Source: an uncultured Dictyoglomota bacterium
Lineage (GTDB): Bacteria; Dictyoglomota; Dictyoglomia; Dictyoglomales; Dictyoglomaceae
NCBI GenBank assembly: GCA_964654465.1
Contig: CAZZIO010000040.1
Coordinates: 96,001-160,000 of the forward strand
DNA length: 64,000 nucleotides
Direction of reading: 5' to 3'
Shown: piece after piece, positions 31,015 to 41,667 of the stretch
Layout: the number at the start of each line of letters is the position of its first letter
How positions within the stretch are numbered: position 1 is the stretch's first letter
Notes under the pieces: generated by a model
What the model saw: only the letters and a program-made list of their open reading frames with translations
Databases searched by the model: none
What the model was told of the DNA's origin: nothing
Translations under genes and position numbers: made by a program

Positions 31015-34000
31015 AAAAATTTATTAGAAGTAAAGAGTTTAATAAATTAAAATATCTTATCAATGAGGGAAAAAACTTAAAAATTTTTGGGATTTATAAA
31101 GGTATATATCCTATACTACTTGAATCTTTACTTAACCTTGAAAGGCCTATTCTATGGATTACCAATAATGATGAAAATTTAACATTATGGGAAGATTTAA
31201 AAAATGAGATCGATATTTTAGAAACATTTCCTTCTTACGTTCATTTACCTTATGAAAAACCTTTAAGATCTGTACAAAAAGAAGGAAAAAGATTAAGGGT
31301 TCTTACTGATCTCTTATTAAATCCGAATCATACAGTTATAGCTTCTTTAAAATCTCTTATCTATCCATTAACCTCAAAATATAAACTCTCAAACAATTTC
31401 ATAGTCTTAGAGGTAGGTAAAGAGATAGAGAGAAATCTTTTAGAAAATTTTCTTCAAAGAAATCAATATGAGAAGAATACTCAAGTAGAGAAAATAGGAG
31501 AATATAGTGTTAGAGGTGGAATTTTGGATATCTTTCCATCTTCCTCTGAATATCCTATAAGATTAGAATTTTTTGGAGATGAAATAACATCAATAAGATT
31601 TTTTAGTATCGAAGACCGAAGGTCTATAAAAAATTTAACAAAATTTATTTTAACCCCCTTATATGAACTTGATAAAAATTTAGATGAAGAAAAATATTTC
31701 TTGAAACATAACGAAGTAATAGACTATATTTTCTCCTTCTTGTCCTCCAAGACCCTGATCGTATTTGAAAATTTAGGAGAAAGTTTAGCTCTCTTAGAAA
31801 AATGGGAGGAAAAAGGAAAAGAAAATTATAATAGAAGATCATCAAAAGAAAAGTTACCACCTAATCTTTTTCTTACAAAAGAAAGATTATTAGAGAATTT
31901 AGGTAAATATCAATATTTAGATCTTCACAATTATGAACCTGACATTAATTTTACTATCTACTCTCCCCCAACATTTAAGGGTACAGGAGATTTTTTAGAA
32001 AAGACATTAAAAAGTTATAAAGAAGATGGTTGGGAAATTTACATTTCCTCTGAACATGAAGATATATTAAAAATACGCTTAAAAAACATAGATTTGAAAT
32101 ATTTAAGAGGAGAAAAAATAAAAGAAGGCTTTTTATGGGAAAATGAAAAAATATTGGTATTAACAGATTATGAAATTTTTGGAAAGAGAAGAAAAAGAAA
32201 AGTTATAAAAACAGAAAAAGGCTTAAAACCTAAAGATTTATCATTATTAAAAGATGGGGATTATGTAGTACATGTTAATTATGGTATAGGTATATTTAGA
32301 GGTCTCAAGAAACTAAAAATAGAAGGAATCGAGAATGAATTCATAACTATAGAATATGCAGATAAAAGCTATTTATATGTACCTTTGGAAGAGATGCATC
32401 TTATTCAAAGGTATATATCATCTTCTCAAACTCCTCCTCAGATAAGCAAACTTGGTACGAAACAATGGGAGGAAACTAAAAGAAAAGTCAAAGAATCAGC
32501 TAAAGAAATTGCTGAAGAATTGTTAAAAATATATGCTCAAAGGGAAATTTCTCAAGGTTTTGCCTTTTCTAAAGATAATTTTCTACAAAAAGAACTGGAA
32601 GCAAGTTTCCCTTATATTGAAACCGAAGATCAAATTAAAGCCCTAAACGAAATCAAAAAGGATATGGAATCGAACAAACCTATGGAAAGAGTACTTATTG
32701 GAGATGTGGGTTTTGGAAAAACAGAGCTTGCTTTAAGAGCAAGTTTTAAAGCAGTATTAGATGGAAAACAAGTGGCTATTCTTGTACCCACTACTATTTT
32801 AGCATTTCAGCATTGGAGAGTTTTTAAAGAAAGACTTGAAGTTTTTCCCGTGAATATTGAGATTTTAAGCAGATTAAAACCAAAATCGGAACAAAAAAGA
32901 ATTTTGGAAAAAATTAAAAAAGGAGAAATAGATATTATTATAGGAACCCATAGAATCCTTCAAAAGGATGTTCAATTTAGAGATTTAGGACTTATCATAG
33001 TAGATGAAGAACATAGATTTGGAGTATTGCAAAAAGAACATTTTAAAAAGAAATACCCCAATGTAGACATTCTCTATCTTTCTGCAACTCCTATTCCTCG
33101 CACCCTTTCTATGATTCTTTCAGGAATAAGGCAATTTTCTATTTTAGAAACACCACCTGAAAACCGATTACCTATACAAACTTTTGTATTAGAATATAAT
33201 CCTCAAATCATCCAAGAAGGGATAAGAAGAGAATTAGAAAGAGGAGGTCAAGTATATTATGTCTGCAATGATATTCCAAAACTTGAAAAAATAAGAGAAT
33301 TTCTTACTCAATTAGTTCCAGAGGCCTCTTATGGTATCATTCATGGTCAAATGGCAGATGAAAAGATTACGGAAATAATGAATGATTTTTACAACGGAAA
33401 AATAGATGTGCTTATAGCTACCACAATAATCGAATCAGGAATAGATGTACCTAACGCCAATACACTTTTTGTAGAAAATGCAGAACACATGGGTCTTGCC
33501 CAGTTGTATCAACTTAGAGGTCGCATTGGACGGTCAGATAGGCAAGCTTATGCTTATTTTCTCCATGCTCCAATTAAAAAACTATCTGAAGAAAGTATAA
33601 AAAGATTGGAAGCATTAAAAGAATTTTCAAGTTTGGGGTCTGGCTTAAGACTTGCATTGCGTGATTTAGAGATAAGAGGAGCAGGTAAAATATTAGGCAA
33701 AGAACAACATGGACATATTGACTCGGTAGGATTCTACCTCTACCTACAACTTTTAGAAGAGGCCATTAAAGAATTAAAATCACAAGAAAAAGAAGAGAAA
33801 GAAAAAAATTGTAAGATAATACATCCCTTCTCTATTTCTATACCAGAAGACTATATAACCTCAAGCAGTGATCGTATCTACTATTATCAGAAACTTGCTC
33901 ACTTAAAATCCCTTTCAGAATTAGATGATATTAAGAGGGAGATGGAAGATATCTATGGACCAATTCCTGAAAGTTTAAATAATCTCTTTTTGTTTTCTAA

Positions 34001-34172
34001 AATAAAATTCTTGGCAGAAAATATGAATATTGAAAAAATCGAAATCTCTACAAGATTAAAATTACACCCAAAAGATGGAAAAATTAAAGAGCTATCTCTT
34101 CCTCAAGGAACAATCACCAAAAAACTTGTATTTATTTATAATTTTCTAAAAGATCTCTCCAATATAAGATAA
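31002..34172 (+). CDS. mfd: Transcription-repair coupling factor
   Basis: RGGILDIF, CarD-like VVHVNYGIG, GDVGFGKT, DEEHRFG, SATPIPRTL, QLRGRIGR and DLEIRGAG. Confidence 0.97.
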   Translation: MALLEKFIRSKEFNKLKYLINEGKNLKIFGIYKGIYPILLESLLNLERPILWITNNDENLTLWEDLKNEIDILETFPSYVHLPYEKPLRSVQKEGKRLRVLTDLLLNPNHTVIASLKSLIYPLTSKYKLSNNFIVLEVGKEIERNLLENFLQRNQYEKNTQVEKIGEYSVRGGILDIFPSSSEYPIRLEFFGDEITSIRFFSIEDRRSIKNLTKFILTPLYELDKNLDEEKYFLKHNEVIDYIFSFLSSKTLIVFENLGESLALLEKWEEKGKENYNRRSSKEKLPPNLFLTKERLLENLGKYQYLDLHNYEPDINFTIYSPPTFKGTGDFLEKTLKSYKEDGWEIYISSEHEDILKIRLKNIDLKYLRGEKIKEGFLWENEKILVLTDYEIFGKRRKRKVIKTEKGLKPKDLSLLKDGDYVVHVNYGIGIFRGLKKLKIEGIENEFITIEYADKSYLYVPLEEMHLIQRYISSSQTPPQISKLGTKQWEETKRKVKESAKEIAEELLKIYAQREISQGFAFSKDNFLQKELEASFPYIETEDQIKALNEIKKDMESNKPMERVLIGDVGFGKTELALRASFKAVLDGKQVAILVPTTILAFQHWRVFKERLEVFPVNIEILSRLKPKSEQKRILEKIKKGEIDIIIGTHRILQKDVQFRDLGLIIVDEEHRFGVLQKEHFKKKYPNVDILYLSATPIPRTLSMILSGIRQFSILETPPENRLPIQTFVLEYNPQIIQEGIRRELERGGQVYYVCNDIPKLEKIREFLTQLVPEASYGIIHGQMADEKITEIMNDFYNGKIDVLIATTIIESGIDVPNANTLFVENAEHMGLAQLYQLRGRIGRSDRQAYAYFLHAPIKKLSEESIKRLEALKEFSSLGSGLRLALRDLEIRGAGKILGKEQHGHIDSVGFYLYLQLLEEAIKELKSQEKEEKEKNCKIIHPFSISIPEDYITSSSDRIYYYQKLAHLKSLSELDDIKREMEDIYGPIPESLNNLFLFSKIKFLAENMNIEKIEISTRLKLHPKDGKIKELSLPQGTITKKLVFIYNFLKDLSNIR

Positions 34173-34177
34173 AATTG

Positions 34178-34186
34178 TGATATAAT
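34178..34186 (+). promoter_or_regulatory. Extended -10 promoter for the prsA-like gene
   Basis: TGATATAAT (TGn-TATAAT) just after the mfd stop. Confidence 0.6.
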
Positions 34187-34237
34187 CGCAATCAGATTGC
34201 TTATAAAAAATCTTTACAGGATATGAGGTGAACAGCA

Positions 34238-35305
34238 ATGAAGGGTAATAGTGTTCTAAAAATCGTATTTCTTGTATTTATTGTTCTTTTTATATTAGGC
34301 GGTGCTTTTGTTGCCTTTGTTTATCATCAGATGAAAAACTATCCCGTAATCAAAGTAAACAATATCCCCATAAGCAGACAGGAATACAAGGACAGATTAA
34401 ATTTTATGAAAACCCAATATGCCATATTATACAATATTGATTTTACAACAACCGATGGACAGAAACTCTTAAGTAAGGTAAAAGAAGAAACTATAAAAGA
34501 TTTAGCTCGTTGGAAGATATTACAAGAAGAGGCTAAAAAAAGAGGGATTAGTCTCTCCAACCAAGAGGTAGAACAGAGATTAAAAGAGATAGAAAAGGAA
34601 TTTCCAAATACTCTTCAATTTGAGATGGCTCTTGCCCAATACGGTTTAGATAGAAATACATTTAAAGAGGAATTAAAGAAAAATCTCCTTTATAGAAAAT
34701 TGATGAATGAAATTGGTAAGGATGAAAAAGTTTCAGAGGATGAAATTAAAAAATATTATAATGAAAACATAAAACTTTTTGAACATCCCAAAGAATATAA
34801 AGTGCACTTGATACTTGTAAAAGATGAGAAAAAAGCAAACCAAATATATAACGATTTAGTAAATAATAAAATAACCTTTACTGAGGCAGCTAAAAAATAT
34901 TCTGAAGACACAACTACAAAGGACAAGGGTGGAGAATTAGGATTTGTTATAGAAGGAACATTACCAGAAGAAGTAGAAAAAGTAACAATAAAACTTCCAA
35001 TCAATCAAATAAGTAAACCTATTAAAACACAAGATGGTTATTATATTACTAAGGTTTCAGAAATTAAAGAGGCCTATACAACACCATATTTCCAAGCAAA
35101 AGCAGAAATTGAAGAAAAACTTCTTACTGATAAAAGAGGCAAAGTCATAAACAAATGGTTAGAAGATCAATTAAACAAAGCAAAAATTGAAAAAGATTTT
35201 TCAGACAAAGATCTCTGGATAGTAATATGGAGAAAGTTAATAGAGATACAACAGTTTTTCTATAGAAAAGAGGCAAAAACACCTCTTCCAAAAACAGATG
35301 AATAG
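34238..35305 (+). CDS. PrsA/SurA-like parvulin peptidyl-prolyl isomerase, membrane anchored
   Basis: N-terminal TM helix, SurA N-like region, HLILV...AKKYSED..KGGELG parvulin domain; standard position after mfd. Confidence 0.88.
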   Translation: MKGNSVLKIVFLVFIVLFILGGAFVAFVYHQMKNYPVIKVNNIPISRQEYKDRLNFMKTQYAILYNIDFTTTDGQKLLSKVKEETIKDLARWKILQEEAKKRGISLSNQEVEQRLKEIEKEFPNTLQFEMALAQYGLDRNTFKEELKKNLLYRKLMNEIGKDEKVSEDEIKKYYNENIKLFEHPKEYKVHLILVKDEKKANQIYNDLVNNKITFTEAAKKYSEDTTTKDKGGELGFVIEGTLPEEVEKVTIKLPINQISKPIKTQDGYYITKVSEIKEAYTTPYFQAKAEIEEKLLTDKRGKVINKWLEDQLNKAKIEKDFSDKDLWIVIWRKLIEIQQFFYRKEAKTPLPKTDE

Positions 35306-35381
35306 GATTTTTATGAGTTTATAGAACATAGGTAAAATCTTATTCAGAAACATTCAAGATAGAAAAATTTAGCTTGAATAC

Positions 35382-35409
35382 TTGCTTTTTTTCAAGTTGG
35401 TGCTATAAT
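35382..35409 (+). promoter_or_regulatory. Candidate promoter for mazG-hup
   Basis: TTGCTT (35382-35387), 16 nt, TATAAT (35404-35409) preceded by TGC (extended -10). Confidence 0.65.
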
Positions 35410-35449
35410 CTTAGTGAAAATCAAATTTTTACAGATAAGAAGAAAGGCG

Positions 35450-36226
35450 ATGAATAGAAAAGAGGATATATGTAAAGAATTTATAGAATTATATAATGTT
35501 GTTGAGAGGGTAAGAAAGGAATGCCCATGGGATCAAAAACAAACCCCTCAGTCATTGATTCCTTATCTATTAGAGGAGACCTATGAATTGATTGAAGGGT
35601 TAGAAGAAAATAATTCTGAGAAGATAAAAGAAGAGTTAGGAGATGTACTATTACATATCCTTATGCAAAGCGTTATGGGAGAGGAAGAAAAAAAATTTAG
35701 TTTTGCAGAAGTATGTAAAAATTTAAGAACCAAGTTAATAATAAGACATCCTCATGTTTTTGGAAATGTGGAAGTTAATGGAGTAAAAGATATTTTAACA
35801 AATTGGGAAAAAATTAAAAGTCAAGAAAAAGAAGAAAAAGGTATATTAAGTGGTGTACCATTGAACATGCCATCCCTTTTATCTGCCTTTAGAATTCAAG
35901 AAAAGGCTTCTCATGTAGGATTTGATTGGGAAAAGACTGAAGATATATTACCAAAACTAAAAGAGGAATTTAAAGAATTAGAAGAAACAATCACTAACAA
36001 GAATAAAGAAAAAATAGAAGAAGAAATTGGAGATATCCTTTTCACTATAGTAAATATATCGCGTCATTTAAACATAGAACCCGAAGAAGCATTACGCAAA
36101 ACTAACAAGAAATTTATTAAAAGATTTGAGTTTATAGAGAAAAAGATAAAAGAGTTAGGAAAAGATTGGAAAAATCTTACCTTAAAAGAATTAAATGAAC
36201 TTTGGGAACTTTCGAAAACTTCATAG
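35450..36226 (+). CDS. mazG: Nucleoside triphosphate pyrophosphohydrolase MazG
   Basis: CPWDQKQT, EETYE, EELGD, RHPHVF, GFDW and EEIGDILF; ATG at 35450 after AAGG preferred over GTG at 35414. Confidence 0.95.
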   Translation: MNRKEDICKEFIELYNVVERVRKECPWDQKQTPQSLIPYLLEETYELIEGLEENNSEKIKEELGDVLLHILMQSVMGEEEKKFSFAEVCKNLRTKLIIRHPHVFGNVEVNGVKDILTNWEKIKSQEKEEKGILSGVPLNMPSLLSAFRIQEKASHVGFDWEKTEDILPKLKEEFKELEETITNKNKEKIEEEIGDILFTIVNISRHLNIEPEEALRKTNKKFIKRFEFIEKKIKELGKDWKNLTLKELNELWELSKTS

Positions 36227-36266
36227 ACTTATGATATAAATCCATTAAGAAAGGGGGTGAATAAGG

Positions 36267-36542
36267 ATGAAAAAGGCCGATTTCATCGCAAAGGTAGCAG
36301 AGAAGGCAAAAATCACAAAGAAAGAGGCAACTAAAGTAGTAAATGCTGTATTAGAAACTATAACCGAAGCATTATCTAAGGGGGATACAGTTCAATTTGT
36401 AGGATTTGGTACTTTCTCTGTAAGAAAGAGAGCAGCTAGAGAGGGAAGAAACCCTCGTACACAACAACCAATTAAAATACCAGCAACAAAAGTTCCTGTA
36501 TTCCGTCCCGGAAAAGAGCTTCGCGAAGCAGTAAAGAAATAA
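36267..36542 (+). CDS. hup: DNA-binding protein HU
   Basis: GFGTF..RKRAAREGRNP.T...IPA..VP.FRPGK. Confidence 0.98.
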   Translation: MKKADFIAKVAEKAKITKKEATKVVNAVLETITEALSKGDTVQFVGFGTFSVRKRAAREGRNPRTQQPIKIPATKVPVFRPGKELREAVKK

Positions 36543-36547
36543 ATCTA

Positions 36548-36590
36548 AAGTCCCAGGCTGGCTAATTCCAGCCTGGGACTTATTATTTTT
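36548..36590 (+). terminator. Intrinsic terminator-like hairpin after hup
   Basis: Perfect 14 bp stem AAGTCCCAGGCTGG / CCAGCCTGGGACTT with a 6 nt loop, followed by ATTATTTTT. Confidence 0.8.
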
Positions 36591-36602
36591 AGGAGTGAAA
36601 AA

Positions 36603-37700
36603 ATGGCAAAGAGGCTATTTTTAGAGGATGAGCATAAAAAATTAAAGGCTAAGTTTTTTGAGTTTGCAAATTGGTGGATGCCCTTAGAATATGTAGGAAC
36701 AGTAAAAGAACACCTTGCTGTAAGATATGAAGTAGGAATTTTTGATATATCCCACATGGGAAGAATTGTAGTTAATGGCAAAAACTCTAAAGACCTCCTT
36801 CAATATACAACTTCTAACGACATTAATAAATTACACCCAGGAAAGGCTCAGTATTCTTTAGTTTTAACCCCTCAAGGGACAATTATGGATGATATTCTCG
36901 TATATATGATTTCAGAAGAAGAATTTCTATTAATAGTAAATGCTATTAATACAGAGAAAATATTTAATTGGCTATTAGAAAATAATAAAAAGTTTAATGT
37001 CTATATTGAAGATATAACCTTTCAAACAAATCTATTAGCTATTCAGGGACCAGAAGCTGAGAAAATTGTTCAAAAATATACAAATTATCCTCTAAATAAT
37101 ATTCCATATTATTATTTTGTAAAGGACAAAATAATAAATAAAAATGTTATAATATCAAGAACTGGATATACAGGAGAAGACGGTTTTGAGATTGTTGTAT
37201 CTATAGAGGATGTGAAAGAAATTTTTAACATCTTTATACAAGAAGAAAAAATAACACTTTGCGGGCTTGGAGCAAGGGATACCTTAAGGTTAGAAATGGG
37301 GTATCCCTTATATGGTCATGAATTAGATGAAAACACAACCCCTTGGGAAGCAAATTTAGGATGGGTTGTAAAGTTGGAAAAAGGTGAATTTATTGGAAAG
37401 GATGCTTTGATTGATAAAAGAGATAAAAAAACAAAAACCCTAAATGGATTTGAGCTTTTGGAAAATGGTATTCCGAGAGCAGGATATGAAGTCTATAGTT
37501 ATGAAGAAAAAATAGGTTATGTGACAAGTGGAAATTATTCCCCTATATTGAAACGAGGAATTGGATTATTATATAATAATTCAACTCATGAAGAAGTAAG
37601 AATTAAAGCAAGAGATAAATTTTTAAAAGCTAAAATTGTCAAGCCCCCCTTTGTTAAGAATACATCTATAAAGAAAGGAGAGAAGAAAAATGTATCCTGA
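36603..37700 (+). CDS. gcvT: Glycine cleavage system T protein
   Basis: [32 protein letters not shown] and GYVTSG. Confidence 0.97.
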   Translation: MAKRLFLEDEHKKLKAKFFEFANWWMPLEYVGTVKEHLAVRYEVGIFDISHMGRIVVNGKNSKDLLQYTTSNDINKLHPGKAQYSLVLTPQGTIMDDILVYMISEEEFLLIVNAINTEKIFNWLLENNKKFNVYIEDITFQTNLLAIQGPEAEKIVQKYTNYPLNNIPYYYFVKDKIINKNVIISRTGYTGEDGFEIVVSIEDVKEIFNIFIQEEKITLCGLGARDTLRLEMGYPLYGHELDENTTPWEANLGWVVKLEKGEFIGKDALIDKRDKKTKTLNGFELLENGIPRAGYEVYSYEEKIGYVTSGNYSPILKRGIGLLYNNSTHEEVRIKARDKFLKAKIVKPPFVKNTSIKKGEKKNVS

Positions 37701-38067
37701 AAATCTTAAATATTCAAAAGAACATGAATGGGTAAAATTAGAAGGAAATATTGCAATTGTTGGTATCTCTTTTTATGCTCAAGAAGAACTTGGTGATATT
37801 GTTTACGTAGATCTACCAGAAATAGGTAAAACTGTAAAACAAAATGATGTATTAGCTGTAATTGAATCTGTAAAATCTGCTTCCGATGTATATTCACCCA
37901 TATCAGGTAAGGTAATAGAAGTAAATGAAAAACTTAAAGAAAAACCAGAAATAATAAATGAAGATCCCTACAATGACGGCTGGATCGCAAAATTGGAAAT
38001 TAGTGATCCTAAGGAATTAGACACACTAATGAATGCAGAGGAGTATAAAAAATTTATAGGAGCTTAA
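37690..38067 (+). CDS. gcvH: Glycine cleavage system H protein
   Basis: YSKEHEW, LGDIVYV, lipoyl-lysine motif ESVKSASD and NEDPYNDGW. Confidence 0.98.
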   Translation: MYPENLKYSKEHEWVKLEGNIAIVGISFYAQEELGDIVYVDLPEIGKTVKQNDVLAVIESVKSASDVYSPISGKVIEVNEKLKEKPEIINEDPYNDGWIAKLEISDPKELDTLMNAEEYKKFIGA

Positions 38068-38069
38068 AT

Positions 38070-39428
38070 ATGGCTTATATCCCCCATACTTCAAAAGAAA
38101 TTTTAGAGATGCTAAAAGCCATAGGAGTAAGTAGTACTGAGGAGTTATTCAACGATATACCAGATGATATTAAGAAAAAAGCGAAAGAGAATTTTATTTT
38201 GCCTCCCCCAATATCAGAAATAGATCTTATCAACGAGATACAAAATTTAGCTCAAAAAAATAAAGGCGAAAAATTTATATCCTTCTTAGGGGGTGGTGCT
38301 TATAAACACTATATACCCCCCTTTGTTAAAATAGTAGCTCAATTTCCCAACTTCTATACTTCCTATACTCCATATCAGCCTGAAATTAGTCAGGGAGTTT
38401 TACAATCCATATTTGAATATCAAAGTCTTATATGCGATCTTACTCAGATGGATGTAGCTAATGCTTCCCTTTATGAAGCAGGCTCAGGTATTTGTGAAGC
38501 AGTTCTCATGGGAGTAAGGATAAATGGTAAAAAGGAAGTTTTAGCATCCGAAGGGTTACATCCAGAATATTTAGAGACACTTTATACATATTTAGGGGCT
38601 CAAGAAATTAACATTGTAAAGATTCCACTTAATAAAAATGGTGAAACAGATATTGATTTTCTAAAAGAAAAAGTATCCAATAATACTTCCTCTGTAATTA
38701 TTCAAAACCCTAATTTTTTTGGAGTTATAGAAAAGGAATTAGAAGAAATAGAAAAAATAACCCACCAACATGATTCTTTACTAATACTTTCCATATATCC
38801 TATATCCTTAGGAATTTTAAAAGCTCCAGGAGAGTACAATGTGGATATTGTAGTCGGAGAAGGCCAATCCTTAGGTATACCATTAGGCTTTGGTGGGCCA
38901 TATTTAGGTATCTTGGCTACAAAAAGAGAATATATAAGGCAAATGCCTGGGAGAATTGTAGGAGAGACAAGGGATATAAATAATAAGAGAGGATTTGTAA
39001 ATACTCTTCAAACCCGTGAACAACATATAAGAAGAGCAAAAGCCACATCCAATATATGCACAAACGAAGCTCTCACAGCAATAATGGCTGCAGTATATAT
39101 GTCTCTTTTAGGCAAGAAGGGTATTAGAAAAATTGCCGAAATTTGTTTCTCTAGAACTCATTATTTAAAGGATTTTTTAACTAAAGAAGGTTTTGAATTA
39201 ACCTATCCTAATTCCTATAATTTTAACGAATTTGTTTTAAAAACTCCAATAGATAGTAATATAGTTATAGATGCACTCAAGAAAAAAAATATTATAGCAG
39301 GAATTCCTCTTAAAAGGTTCTATCCTGAAAGAGAAAAAGAAATCCTCATTGCAGTTACTGAGATGAATTCATTAGATGATATTAGCTTTTTAGTAACTTC
39401 TTTAAAGGAGGTCATATATAAAAATTGA
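38070..39428 (+). CDS. gcvPA: Glycine dehydrogenase subunit 1
   Basis: [18 protein letters not shown] and [17 protein letters not shown]. Confidence 0.98.
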   Translation: MAYIPHTSKEILEMLKAIGVSSTEELFNDIPDDIKKKAKENFILPPPISEIDLINEIQNLAQKNKGEKFISFLGGGAYKHYIPPFVKIVAQFPNFYTSYTPYQPEISQGVLQSIFEYQSLICDLTQMDVANASLYEAGSGICEAVLMGVRINGKKEVLASEGLHPEYLETLYTYLGAQEINIVKIPLNKNGETDIDFLKEKVSNNTSSVIIQNPNFFGVIEKELEEIEKITHQHDSLLILSIYPISLGILKAPGEYNVDIVVGEGQSLGIPLGFGGPYLGILATKREYIRQMPGRIVGETRDINNKRGFVNTLQTREQHIRRAKATSNICTNEALTAIMAAVYMSLLGKKGIRKIAEICFSRTHYLKDFLTKEGFELTYPNSYNFNEFVLKTPIDSNIVIDALKKKNIIAGIPLKRFYPEREKEILIAVTEMNSLDDISFLVTSLKEVIYKN

Positions 39429-40867
39429 ATAAAGAAATACCTCTCCTAAAAGATTTACATGATAATAACAGACCTACAATCAATCTTCCAGATCCTTTAG
39501 AAGATTATCTTCCAGAGAGGATCTTACCTGAAAAATTAATAAGAAAAGACATACCTATTCCTCAAATAAGTGAGCCAGAAGTAGTGAGACATTTTACCAA
39601 TCTTTCTCAAAGAGGTTATGGGGTTGATACAGGTTTCTACCCTTTAGGTTCATGTACCATGAAATATAATCCCAAAATAAATGAAGAAATAGCAAGCTTT
39701 CCATCATTTGCTAATTTACATCCCTATACTCCAGAAGATTTATCCCAGGGAAGTTTAGAAATTATCTATAAACTTGGAGAATATCTATCTAATATAACAG
39801 GCATGGATAAATTTACTTTTCAACCTTCTGCAGGAGCTCATGGAGAACTTACAGCATTGTTAATTATTAAAGCATATTTTAAAGACAAAGGAGAGAAAAG
39901 AAAAATTGTATTAGCTCCAGATTCAGCCCATGGAACAAATCCTGCAAGTGCAACAATGGCAGGATTTGAAACTATAGAAATACCATCTGATGAAAGAGGA
40001 CTTGTAAATCCTAATATATTAGCAAAATATCTAAATAAAGATGTGGCTGTTTTAATGCTAACTAATCCAAACACTCTTGGTCTTTTTGAAAAAGATATAT
40101 TGAAGATTTCCCAAATGGTACATGAGACAGGAGCTCTTTTATATTATGATGGAGCAAATTTAAATGGTATCATGGGATATGCAAGACCTGGTGATATGGG
40201 ATTTGATGCTGTCCATATAAACCTTCATAAAACTTTTTCCACTCCCCATGGAGGTGGAGGCCCAGGAGCAGGTCCTGTAGGTGTAAAATCATTTTTAAAA
40301 GATTATTTACCAAAACCAACAGTAGAATTTGATGGAGAAAGGTATTATCTTAATTATGATATCAAAAAAAGTATAGGAAGAGTAAGAACGTTTTATGGAA
40401 ATTTTTTAGTACTTCTAAAAGCTTATTGCTATATTAGACTTCTTGGATCTGAAGGTTTGAAGAATGTTACCGAAATAGCTGTATTAAATGCCAATTATTT
40501 AAAAGAAAAATTAAAAGATCTTTTCCATCTACCTTACCCTGATCTCTGTAAGCATGAATTTGTTCTCTCTGGTAAAAAACAAAAAGAAAAAGGAATTAAA
40601 GTACTTGATATAGCTAAAAGACTACTTGATTATGGAGTACATTCTCCTACAATATATTTCCCTCTTATAGTAGAAGAAGCTTTAATGATTGAGCCTACAG
40701 AAACTGAAACCAAATATACCTTAGATCAATTTGTAGAAATTTTAAAAACTATTATTAAAGAGAGTGAGGAAAATCCTGATATATTAAAATCAGCCCCTCA
40801 TAATACACCTGTAGGTAGATTAGATGAAGTATATGCAGCTAAAATGCTAAAGGTAAACTGGAGATGA
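39425..40867 (+). CDS. gcvPB: Glycine dehydrogenase subunit 2
   Basis: [35 protein letters not shown] (PLP lysine) and [11 protein letters not shown] start. Confidence 0.98.
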   Translation: MNKEIPLLKDLHDNNRPTINLPDPLEDYLPERILPEKLIRKDIPIPQISEPEVVRHFTNLSQRGYGVDTGFYPLGSCTMKYNPKINEEIASFPSFANLHPYTPEDLSQGSLEIIYKLGEYLSNITGMDKFTFQPSAGAHGELTALLIIKAYFKDKGEKRKIVLAPDSAHGTNPASATMAGFETIEIPSDERGLVNPNILAKYLNKDVAVLMLTNPNTLGLFEKDILKISQMVHETGALLYYDGANLNGIMGYARPGDMGFDAVHINLHKTFSTPHGGGGPGAGPVGVKSFLKDYLPKPTVEFDGERYYLNYDIKKSIGRVRTFYGNFLVLLKAYCYIRLLGSEGLKNVTEIAVLNANYLKEKLKDLFHLPYPDLCKHEFVLSGKKQKEKGIKVLDIAKRLLDYGVHSPTIYFPLIVEEALMIEPTETETKYTLDQFVEILKTIIKESEENPDILKSAPHNTPVGRLDEVYAAKMLKVNWR

Positions 40868-41667
40868 TATCAGTAAAACCTATTAGAACCCTTCCACTAA
40901 GTATCACAGGGGAATGGTGTGCTTTGCAATGTGATCATTGTAAGGCTCACTTTTTAAAAAATATGACAAATATAGATCATCTTTCAAAAAAGCTTGAGTT
41001 AAATTATTTTAAAAGTATTTTGGTTAGTGGCGGATATAATAAAAAAGGCTATCTTCCCCTCTCAAAATCCTCTATAAATCTTATGAAAAAATTAAAAGAA
41101 TCAGGATATAAACTAAACTTTCATATGGGTCTTATAGATGAAAAAACAATTAAACATTTAATATCACTACCAGATATGGTTTCATATGATTTGATGTTAG
41201 ATGACTTTGTTATTAAAAATATTTTTCATCTTAAGGATAAGAATAGTAACGATTTTAAAGAAGAATACTTTATGATAAAAGAATATTTTCCAATAAGTCC
41301 TCATATCTTAATGGGAGCTAATTATGGAAAGATAGAAAAAGAATATGAAGAAATAGATTTTTTATCTAAAGATCCTACTCCTGAGAAAATTATATTCATT
41401 GTGATTACTCCCATTCAAAACACGTCTTTCCAAGAAATATCTTTACCTTCTATAAAAGAAGTTGAAGAACTTTGGAATTATGCTAAGAAAAAATTACCTA
41501 ATACTAAGTTTTATCTTGGATGTGTACGCCCAAATGGTAATTATAGATATGAATTAGACTCTCTAGCCATAGACCTTAACTTTCATGCTATTGTTAATCC
41601 TCACCCTGAAGCTATAAAATCCCAGAATAATATAAAAATCTTTGAAGAATGCTGTGCCCTATTATGA
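40864..41667 (+). CDS. lipS1: Radical SAM protein, LipS1-type lipoyl synthase component
   Basis: [12 protein letters not shown] (CX3CX2C), LGCVRP and C-terminal ECC; ATGA overlap with gcvPB. Confidence 0.78.
   Translation: MISVKPIRTLPLSITGEWCALQCDHCKAHFLKNMTNIDHLSKKLELNYFKSILVSGGYNKKGYLPLSKSSINLMKKLKESGYKLNFHMGLIDEKTIKHLISLPDMVSYDLMLDDFVIKNIFHLKDKNSNDFKEEYFMIKEYFPISPHILMGANYGKIEKEYEEIDFLSKDPTPEKIIFIVITPIQNTSFQEISLPSIKEVEELWNYAKKKLPNTKFYLGCVRPNGNYRYELDSLAIDLNFHAIVNPHPEAIKSQNNIKIFEECCALL

Noticed and set aside
35450-36226. mazG as part of a toxin-antitoxin or anti-phage system
   Set aside because: It is a tandem-domain housekeeping MazG in the conserved mfd-prsA-mazG-hup neighbourhood; no mazEF is present.
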